From Octopus bimaculoides (Eukaryota): DNA of 64,000 nucleotides. A program made the position numbers and the translations under genes. This document shows, piece after piece, positions 53,464 to 64,000 of this stretch. Every line of letters starts with the position of its first letter. Position 1 is the stretch's first letter. The stretch lies in the NCBI RefSeq assembly GCF_001194135.2, contig NC_068987.1:32089050-32153049 (forward strand), in the 5' to 3' direction. The notes beneath the pieces are model-generated. The model was given only the letters and a program-made list of their open reading frames with translations, ran no database searches and was not told where the DNA came from.

Positions 53464-56400
53464 ACACACACACACTACCACAGCAGCACCTCCATTCCCA
53501 TCACCAATGCATGATTCCATTTTTATGATACACCTGTCACTTCTCAGTCATTAGTGTCCCTGCTACTTTGATGTTATCAGTGGTGGTTGTATTGGTGTTT
53601 GATCATAGAATACAAGAATGATTGATTCCTAGTGCTAGAAGGATGAATTTGGTAGTGTCTTTGTTAACTTAGATAACAATAATGGTTGTATGATGAAATA
53701 TGACAACAATATCCAGAGCTTTGATTCTGAGTGAATCTTAAATTTATTCTAATTAAAATTTTGGGGACTAATTTGTATAATAACTCTTTGTAAGTATTAT
53801 CCATGATTATAATACAATTATAATAAACTGCTTCCTCTGTATTTGGTGGCTGTTGTTTAGCCCCTTGTCAACTATCATCAAACTTTTTTCCTGTTGTGAT
53901 AAAGTATCACACTTTTTCTTAGGGCTGTAGGGATGTGATTTAATTGATATTTATATGCTATTTCTATCAGATAGAGATTTTTTCCTTACTTGGTTGTTTA
54001 TTCTTGTCTTAGAGATTGTGTACAGTGTGTGCGTTTTGAAAAATGAATTTCAATACATTTACACAAGTTCCTATTGTTTGATTTCCATTCACGTCTGTGT
54101 GTGTGTAATGGTGGTAATATGAGAACTATATCATTGTTCCTTCCCCATTCCTCTAAATCTAAGTATCATGTACCTACACAAACATCTTTCAGTACTGGTG
54201 GTGCAGGACTTAATTTGTTTGACTAACTTTGGAATTCAAATTCTGTCAACGGTAACATCACTTTTCATTCCTTGTAAGGAATAATAACATTGGTATATGT
54301 ACCTGTAATGTACTGGAACTGTTTGAATTGCTTATATTGGTTACCTGATTTGTAAGGTTAGTATTGAGTAGCACTAGTGTGGCAGAATTGTCAGGGTCAG
54401 TACTTTGATATTTGCTTTTTACATCCAGAATTTATATCCTGCCATGGTCAACTTTATTTTCTGTTCTTGTGGGAAAGTACTAGTCATGTTGTTGGTTTGT
54501 TTTGGCTCTGCACCCTCTCCCACCAAATCTATGGCTTTGTATCAATAAAAGACCATTATTATTACATCATCACTGGTGTTCCTGTAAATTCAGAACAAGA
54601 TATAAATTATCTGATTTGGCTGTTTTTCCATTCGCATTCATGGTATTAAAGAAATTTCTTTGCTGTCTGTGAAGCTTACTTGGATTTCCTGTTGAAACCT
54701 CTTTTTTCGTGTATCCTGTGTGTGTTACCCAGGAGCCCCCCAAAAGCATGTGCATTGTAGCTTCTTGTTTTCCACTTTTTCTGAAATCTGAATTAATAAC
54801 ATAAGTTGTTGGAATTGGTGCAAAAAGGAAAGAGAGCTGGATTGGATAATCTAAAGCAGTCTTTTGGGAATAAATTCCTTCTGGTATTGTTACAAGAGAT
54901 GCATAGTGTCCAAAAAGTGGGTTGTGGGTGGGTAAGGAAAATAGTAGCAATGATTTAATTCTGCAGAGTTTCATTTTTAAAAAGAAATAATTTTAATTAT
55001 TTTGTTACTCAAAAAATAAAATAAATTGATATTATTTTGGGTTAAAAATCCTGCTCGAGTCAGCTTTACCATCTGTCCTTCCTTATGAGGCTTGATTTAT
55101 TTCAGTGCCTCACAATTTGTGGCCTTGTACCTCTACTGAGAATTATTATCAGAGTACAGTGATGGAGTGGCAGTAACATGAATAGTAGTTTCACTCATTA
55201 GGTGATTAAACTTTTCCTCCAGGGTCAAGTGACAGTCAAGTACATGACTTGATTGAATTGACCAACTGCTACTCCCAAATAGGTGACCTTGTGTCTCTAT
55301 TAGAAATTATTATTCTTATTGAAGTTTAATGTCTGAAATGGTGGTGCTGGATAATGTGCATTGTGAAATTCAATGATGCTGAGTTCAAATTTTACCATCG
55401 TTTGTTTTGACTGGGTTGATCAGTTAAACTGTTTTCCTATAAATCTGTGTTCTTACGTCTTGTACCAGTGTGACACCTAATAAATAATGATTTATTAGAA
55501 TCAGTCAAGTTTCCAACTGAATACCATTGACATATTTTGTTTCTTCCCCCTGACCCTCACATTTTCTGAGATAAATCCTGTTGTGAACTTATCCTTTCAT
55601 CCTGTTGTATGTTTGGGGAGGTGGATATTCAGTAAGTATACTGTGCTTGTTTCATATACGACTTCACCTTCCCCCTTCGTAATGAAATTTATATTTCCAA
55701 TTTTTTTCCTCAAATCCCTCTTCCCGTTGCACATACAGATAACCTTCCCTGCTATTTTTTCATCATATAATATCACTTATTTTTGTTTCCAATATTATGT
55801 GACCAGATTGCAGCTTCTAAGGTTTGATATAAATGCTAGGAAAACAAAAGCATGCGCATAGACAACCATGTTTTCCATCATTTTGAAGATTAGGTTATTT
55901 TACTCTTCAATTCTGCTGATACCACCTTCCCTACATTTTTCTTTGCTCATTTGCCATTATTAAATTTCAATTCGTACATACAAACTATATGATGGCCTTC
56001 AAAATTTTGTCCACCAACACCCCATTTAAAAAAATTTTTTTTTTTAACTAAATATCAAACCAAATTTGAAAATTTTTTTTTTGCTTTTTATGGAATATTT
56101 TAAATTGGTTATTGTGATATATTTATGTACTTGCAAGTATGTGCACCCTAGCACGCAATTGCAACTTAAATATGCACTTGTATTCTATACTTAATGGTGT
56201 ACAGAGAGAAAATGTTACTATACTCTGGCATGGACAGAGCCAAGACACTGAAACCAGTACAAGAGTACTTAAGGGGATTTTGATCAGTACTCAGGTACTG
56301 TGATGCAGTGGTAAGTTCTCTGCATATCATATTTTTGACTCAGTTTCTTTTCCCAGATGTGGTCGTATTACTTCAATTAACATCCCCCCAGGAAAGTATA

Positions 56401-56859
56401 AACTAAAGAATTTTCGATTTCACTTTTCTTACCTGAATGCAAATATTTAATACTGTGGAGCATTTAGTTTCTGCTGAGCTCTGTCCAGAAATTGGTTTCA
56501 AAACCCTGCTGGAATTGATTCTCTTACTTCAATGCCATAACATCCTAGTTGTGGTCTTGCTTTGGAGCTTTGTGCTAAATTAAAGAAATATTTCTTCTTA
56601 ATCGCTGCTGTTTTTGATATATGTAAAACTTGTTCTTCATATAGACAAAACTAGAGGTTGAACTGAGCATGTGTAGACTGACATTTCTTGTTTTGTTGGT
56701 TAAGCTCTGTTGCTTCCAGTGAAGGATTTTGGGATGAAGTGCCTGCATACTTGTTGCAGGACGTTACATTTAGACCATTAATTTTTTTTTTTTTAAAGCC
56801 TAAGGTCGGGTAGTAATGATGTAGAGGGTGGTGAGATAGAACATTTGGGGTACCTTTGA

Positions 56860-57093
<234 letters not shown>

Positions 57094-57460
57094 TAGTGTT
57101 AAACTCTACAATCACTTATCATTCTTATGCTAAATTACCCAATTTTTGCCATTGGAAGGTAGTAACTTGTCCAAGACTGCATATAATGTTTATGATTAAA
57201 AACAAGTAATTCTGTTTTGTTTATATTATATGTCAGTCATGCTGGTAGAGGGAGATTTAAATAACTAAGTAGGAGTAAGTGAAAGTCAGTGATGCTAAAG
57301 CAAGTAAACTGTGGTAAAAGGTTTTGTTCTGAAGTCGCTGGTATTTTAATTAAAATAAAATTGCAAATTTTTATCATAAATTATATTTACTATTACTTTA
57401 TCAGTTTTGGACATTGACACACACACACACATGCATATATACGTATATGTACATGCCTAC

Positions 57461-57498
<38 letters not shown>

Positions 57499-57499
<1 letters not shown>

Positions 57500-58129
57500 T
57501 ATGTGGGCACAAGATGTCATGAAATGTGTACAACAAAAAAGTACAAAGCGGAGGGTCAAAACTGGTAACACAAACAGGAAGGGCTGCTAAGCCTAAATGT
57601 GGTTGTAGTGGTGAATGCGTAAATCAAGCTAGGACAAGAGACAAACAAGTACAGTCTTCCTTGTTCCAGCTATAATGGAGAGAAAGAAAGAAAGATGGCC
57701 AAACTGATGAAGGGTCGTTCTTTATGTTTGCTTTGTTTTCCACTTGTGTCTTTTGTTGTTGGAAAGAATAGTTCATGTACCATGTACTCGTGCTTCATAC
57801 TTTTTTATTGTACATGTTTTGTGACGTCCTGTGCCCCCTGTTTCTTTTCACTGTCCTGTTTGTGTTATCAATTTTGACCCTCCACAAAATCCCAAATTTT
57901 ATTTAATTTGCTTTGCGGGAGCAACTGTTTTATTGAAAGCATATATTGTTGTTAAATGCTCGAAATATGAGACTAGAAAACAGTCAACAACTGATGAAGG
58001 GTTGTTCTCTAGGTTGTTTGTTTTGTTTTCCGTTTGTGTCTTTTGTTGTTCGAAAGAATAGTTCATGTTCCATGTACTCATGCTTCATACTTTTTTGTAC
58101 ACGTTTCATGACGTCCTCTGCCCACATAT
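57499..58129. mobile_element. Cluster of direct and inverted partial repeats, Penelope-like pseudo-LTR arrangement
   Basis: About 135-bp direct repeats at 57702-57836 and 57989-58129; 57499-57580 is an inverted copy of their 3' part and of 57852-57882. Confidence 0.55.
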
Positions 58130-58649
58130 GCACATATATATATATATATATGAAACTGAATATTAAATGCTTCCCAAAATATTACCATTCACATGACACA
58201 TATACATACATACATACATACACATATACACAAACTTTTTTCTTTCATTTTACTCCATTTTTTTATGCTTGCCCTTTTTTTGAAACAGGATGTTATTCCT
58301 GTGAAATTGTCAATAAAAGTAAACAAGCATGCGTGTGCACTCACACATTTCTACAGACACATGTATAAGTAAGCACATGCATAGATATATATATGTAAAT
58401 ATGGATATGATAATGATCTATGAGTGTAATACAGAGAGAGATTACTGTGTGTATATGTGTATAATAAGTATATATATATATAAATATATATACATATATA
58501 TATAAATGTGTACACAAACTTTTAAAGCTGTGGATAGGCAGCTTGGGTGTCTTCCACTATATCCCAGGACTAACCAAAGCCTTGAGAATAGATTTGGCAG
58601 ACACACTGAAAGAAGACCAGCATATATGTGTGTGTGAGTGTATACAAGT

Positions 58650-58993
58650 TGTTGCTTACGATGTCGAGGGTTCTAGTTGATCCGATCAATGGAACAACCT
58701 GCTCGTGAAATTAACGTACAAGTGGCTGAGCACTCCACAGACACTTGTACACTTAACGTAGTTCTTGGGGATATTCAGTGTGACAAGGCTGGCCCTTTGA
58801 ATTACAGGCACAACAGAAACAGGAAGTAAGAGTGAGAGAAATTTGTGGTGGAAGAGTACAGCAGGGTTCACCACCATCCACTACCAGGGCCTTGTGGAGC
58901 TTTTAGATGTTTTCGCTCAATAAACACTCGATGCTCGGTCTGGGAATCGAAGCCGCGAGTCTGCTGCCCTAACCACTGGGCCATTGCGTCTCC
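58650..58993 (-). mobile_element. SINE family A copy with 10-bp TSD
   Basis: TSD GTATACAAGT at 58640-58649 and 58994-59003; head ggagacgcaatggcccagtggttagg. Confidence 0.88.
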
Positions 58994-59023
58994 GTATACA
59001 AGTAGTGTGTGTATGTATGTATG

Positions 59024-59066
<43 letters not shown>

Positions 59067-59598
59067 GTACATATATATACACATGTATCTGTGTGTGTGC
59101 TTAATATACATGTGCGTGTGTTTATTTTTTACTGTATCATTGTCATGCAAAGGTGTTCTTTGTTTCAAATCTGTCATGCAAACGTGTATGAATGGGTCTG
59201 GTGAACTATGTATGGAAAATAAGTAAAAGTTGTTAGGAAAGCTATTATACTATACAAAATCTATCTGATCCATGTGCTTCAAGTGATTCATTTCTTTGTA
59301 TATATATATTATTACAAATTAAAAGGGTAAAGATTTATCAATTTATTAATTTATTAATAAATGAACAATTAATGATTTTACCAAGCCCTTCGGTATGTAA
59401 GCCACCATTATCGGTGGAGAACTTATTTAAAAGTTCCCATACATTTATAAACATAATTAAGGGATCAGCAAGCATTTGCTTCACCATATACCGAAGTTCA
59501 GAAATAGCAGCTAAAAAAGCTGAGACTCCAACAGATAGCATTACTTGTAACTCACAAAGGCAAAAACAAGAAGAAAAAACAATGAAAACTAACCATTT

Positions 59599-60095
59599 AA
59601 AGTTAAACATAGACGCGTTTCTGGATTATGAATGGTAAAATTCAATTTCCGTCATCGGTATGATATTCCAGTAGTACATTCGACTGTGCTAGCAAACCGA
59701 GCAAGTATGAACGAGTGAAGATCATGCCTCGACACAATCTGAAAGCACAACCGAACTTACCTCGGCCAATCGTTCCATTACCTCCTCCTCAAGAAATTAC
59801 CATGTGCGTTACAAACCGCAGAAGCTTTGCGTTTACTATCAGCAAGTGAATGATTATTACAAATTAAAAGGGTAAAGATTTATCAATTTATTAGTAATTT
59901 CTTGAGGAGGAGGTAGTGGAACGACTGGCCGAGGTACGTTCGGTTGTGCTTTCAGATTGTGTTGAGGCATGATCTTCACTCGTTCATACTTGCTCAGTTT
60001 GCTAGCACAGTCGAATGTACTACTGGAATATCATACCGATGACGGAAATTGAATTTTACCATTCATATTCCAGAAACGCGTCTATGTTTAACTTT
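59599..60095. repeat. Long inverted repeat: 202-bp arms (59599-59800 and 59894-60095), 93-bp spacer
   Basis: 6 mismatches in 202 bp by manual alignment; 41-bp exact direct repeat at 59308-59348 and 59853-59893. Confidence 0.95.
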
Positions 60096-60436
60096 GACTG
60101 CTGACATTTAGTAAAGGCTTCTTTCATTGCTTTGATCTGCCATTTTCTATTATTAATAAGATTTTTGGCATTTTTGACGACACACAATAGTAATTATTAT
60201 TGAATTTAAGTGTCAGTCAGATATGTGAAGATAGTCACCTTGTAATTGATGTCTGGGATCCCATTACAGATTATAGAATACAGGTTGTATTCTGTACATT
60301 ACATATACTACTGCTCATTATAGAAAAACTTATCAATTTATGGAATTTATCAGTGGTTAGTTTCTATGAATTGACAGTTTTAAAATAATGAAAGTTAACA
60401 AAACACTTTTATTATAAAGTGTTTTCATATTTTTAA

Positions 60437-60679
<243 letters not shown>

Positions 60680-61399
60680 TAATTATCATTTAACAATAGA
60701 AATTATTTTATTGATTGCATCTCTGAAAATGAGTCAGCTTTTTCTCCTTAAGTTATATTCTTGATGATATCAGAATACTTTGATTTGCAGAGCAGTTAAT
60801 TCAGTCTGTCTTTTGCTGAAGTCAGACCACCAAGTATTTTTCACATGTATATTTCTGTGTTTAATCAAATGTAACACAAACCATTAAACGTATAAACTAG
60901 ATGTATGGAAAGGAATATTGAGAGATCATGTTTGTTAAATCCTTGTTGATCATTGTTTAAGAATAAATAGTCAAATATTCACGGTTGTTAAATATGGCCA
61001 ATCATCTTTTTACATTTCACATTCTGTAGGGATTGTTGCTTGATTCTAATTGATTCTAGAAGTTGACACTAGAAAAAATATTGAGCTATTCATACACGTA
61101 CTGTTATATATACAGTTACTGTAGTGCAACCCAATTAGTGTTGAATGCAGGAAAACAATACCAACTGACATAAAATAATATAGTAATGTTTTTAATGCAG
61201 TATAACAATTATCTGGATGATTATCTATAATTGTCGTTGTTGACATTTCTGGTAGTTAATTTCTAGGGTTAATGTTCAATTTCATCAGGAAATTGATCTT
61301 ACACTTGAATAGATGACATAAAATTTTCACAGTCTTTAGAAATAATAGGCCCCCACACATTTCTAACTTAACAAAGATTTAGCTTGGTGGTTAAGATTT

Positions 61400-61623
61400 C
61401 ACTTTAGTGTTTAAACCGGCCATATCCAGCCCAAATATTCTACATATTTTATATTCAAATGGGTGATATCTAGCCTCTCACACTTAGCCTACATTGACAT
61501 TCTAAAAATAAACAATCACATCATTGAAACCTCAAAGCTATAGGATAATGCATGATTAATTCAAAACGATTTAAGTGAAAAATTATTACATTTAACAGAG
61601 TAATCTGAATACTAAATGGTTAA
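61400..61623. mobile_element. Probable piggyBac-like MITE remnant
   Basis: Degenerate termini c.ctttagtgt / atactaaatgg followed by TTAA; body resembles a common cephalopod repeat as I recall it. Confidence 0.45.
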
Positions 61624-62108
61624 AAAATAAAGTTTCACTCCTAAAAAAATGCTTTTTTTTTTTTATATAAGGTATACAATTTGTTTAGTTATATTATATT
61701 TTTTTTGATAAGAAGAATTTTTTAACACATTTTAATCTTTGTATTGGTATGTATAAATATGTTTTGTATTTCATCACATATCATTGTATTTAAATGCCTG
61801 TACCATGTGATTTTCCAAATGAAATGAGTGATTTCAGAATTGAGATTGTAATTAATGGCAGTGGTAGTTGTGTTGCTAGTGACAAAACTGATTTATGATT
61901 AAAAATTTCGAGCTTTAGAAAGAATTGGTTGTTTTGCAGATTGGACAAATGTGTGCAGGCTTGTTTGCAATTGGTTGTACTGGGTGGGGAACCAATTCTT
62001 GGAAAATAAAAGATAATTCACCAAATTGTTTATTTTACAACACATAGCAACCTGATGTATAATTTTAACACAAGTTTATTGGAGTATAAAGAAGCAATTT
62101 ATTCAATG

Positions 62109-62940
62109 TCAACCTTCATTGTCCACCACAGCCTTCACATGCTGCCTGAAGGCAACACAACTCTTCATGATGAAGTACTCAGACATGTCCCACTCTTCCC
62201 TCAGGACTTGCTTAAGATGATCAACACTTTGATGTGAAGTTCTGTTGGTAGAGTGCTCCAATTTGCCCCATACGGCATAGTCCAGGGGTTTCAAGTCTGG
62301 GCTGGAAGAAGGCCAGAAGTTGGCAGGCCAAAAGTCAGCGAACTTGTCTTTGCAGAATTTCTGCACTTTCTTCACTGTATGTGCAGGAACACCATCTTGT
62401 GTCCACACATAATTACCATTGGGGTAGTTAGATTTAAGCCAAGGCAGAACCTTATACCTCAGGACTTAATAATAAACTTCAACCAACACCTTTTCTCTGG
62501 ACTTGGAAAAATGGCAAGGCATCTTTGTTACATCAAATGCCATGACTTGAGTTGGGTGCTTGATCCTAAAGACACCCTCTACTTCAGAAGGTGACTTAGC
62601 AATGTATCATCATTGTTACAGTTTAAAACAGCATCAATGGTAAAGATTTTTTCATCTGAAAATATTTTGACGGTTTGTTCATTGTGCTTAAGGTATCGCA
62701 ACATTTTTTTTGGCCCTTTCATGCTTTTGGCTTTCATTGCATGAGTCAGTAGGTGTCTCGGGGTCCTCTCATCCCAACTGTAAATCAGTGTGTGCAACAC
62801 TTCTGATGGTCTTTGGATCAACTTTCATGTCCATGGGCAGTTTTCTCATGGATGTTGTTTGGTCTTTCAAAATTTTGGCTTTGAGAGATTTAAGAAATGC
62901 ATTATCCCATTTTATGTTTATGCCTTCACTTTCTCTTGAT
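62109..62940 (-). mobile_element. Defective DD37D (maT-family) Tc1/mariner transposase
   Basis: IFSDEKIFT ... WTQDGVPAHT ... WPSSSPDLKPLDYAVW; 37 residues between the second and third D; frameshifted. Confidence 0.88.
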
Positions 62941-63421
62941 GCCCCCCCCCCATATCTAGCATTCAGTAGACAGTGCTCACAGAGGCCCTGGCAGTATCAG
63001 CATTACATCTAATTGCAATGTATTGTCTCTTGGCTTCTTGAGTGGACATGCTAGATCGTATGACTGGAACTTCTGCTTAAATTAACTCTATATGCCTCCA
63101 CCCCGAAATAGAAAACAATACTTTAGTATTTACACTCAGGGATATATGAACAATAAAGGCTTCCAAAATGTTCAAAGTCTTGCTTCCTCACCCTGTATAA
63201 CTGCTGTAAAAGTTGAGATACAAACTATACACTATTGTCTTTGTAACATATTTGATTCAAAGAGCATTATGTGGAGTTTTTGCTTTTAATTTCTCATAAG
63301 TTGTGGTTATAGCTGCATTGGTAGCTACTTCATATTTTGGTGTTTGTCCTTTTATTATCCTAATTTATGTTGTTAAAATTTCAAATCGATCTAACACAAT
63401 CTTAATTATTTTTATTTGTAG

Positions 63422-63592
<171 letters not shown>

Positions 63593-64000
63593 TAGTCTAA
63601 ACTTTTTTCTTGTCTAGCTGGAAATTTTACAATATTACAGCTACTTCACTGTGGCTTAGGTTGTTAACTATGTTGTGTATATATTTGTCTCAACAATTTA
63701 TATGCTTACATTTTAATTCATGAAAATATATATTCACAACATGCACTTAACTGATTTATAGAAAGTGTAGTGTTGTGAAGGGAACACACTTTCAAGGGTA
63801 AACTGTGTATAGATGGATTTACAGCTGGAAGGAATGTTGAACTGGCTCTTGGAAATGACTTGAAAATAAAAGATGTCTTTACCTCAAAATTATTTTGGCA
63901 TGAAGAAGGTTGATTGGACTTGGTAATGGTGGCTAGAGTGAGAAGTGAATGGTGTTTCTGAAAATAAAGGGAAAGGTATATGCTGTTTGTGTGTGAAGTA

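Noticed and set aside
57702-58060. CTGATGA...GAAA pairs as hammerhead ribozymes, and CCGATGACGGAAA in the 59.9-60.1-kb arm
   Set aside because: No closing G-C stem II or usable stem I could be drawn.

Overview
AT-rich animal genomic DNA with many (TA)n/(TG)n microsatellites and about a dozen N gaps. The repeat families resemble those I recall from Octopus/coleoid cephalopods; this is an inference. The window is dominated by one + strand, intron-rich gene, U2AF2 (U2AF65, large subunit of the U2 auxiliary splicing factor). I traced 10 coding exons from the ATG at 16177 to 63542 (RS domain, ULM, RRM1, RRM2, start of the UHM), with consistent splice phases at every junction I could read. Exon 2 runs into an assembly gap, so its junction to the next exon could not be checked, and the 3' end of the gene lies beyond the window. 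The rest is intronic or intergenic and full of tRNA-derived SINEs, RTE-type LINE remnants, MITEs and decayed DNA transposons (Tc1 with DD36E-type spacing, DD37D/maT, pogo-like, Chapaev-like). The most interesting signals are: (1) candidate stop-containing 'poison' cassette exons and alternative 3' splice sites inside this splicing-factor gene, best at 18310-18429; (2) a 202-bp, 97%-identical intronic hairpin; (3) a CCAAT/GC/CTCF/YY1 promoter with a possible divergent spliced transcript; (4) SINEs abutting three polypyrimidine tracts. No rRNA, true tRNA gene or CRISPR array was seen, and most of the supplied ORF track is noise.
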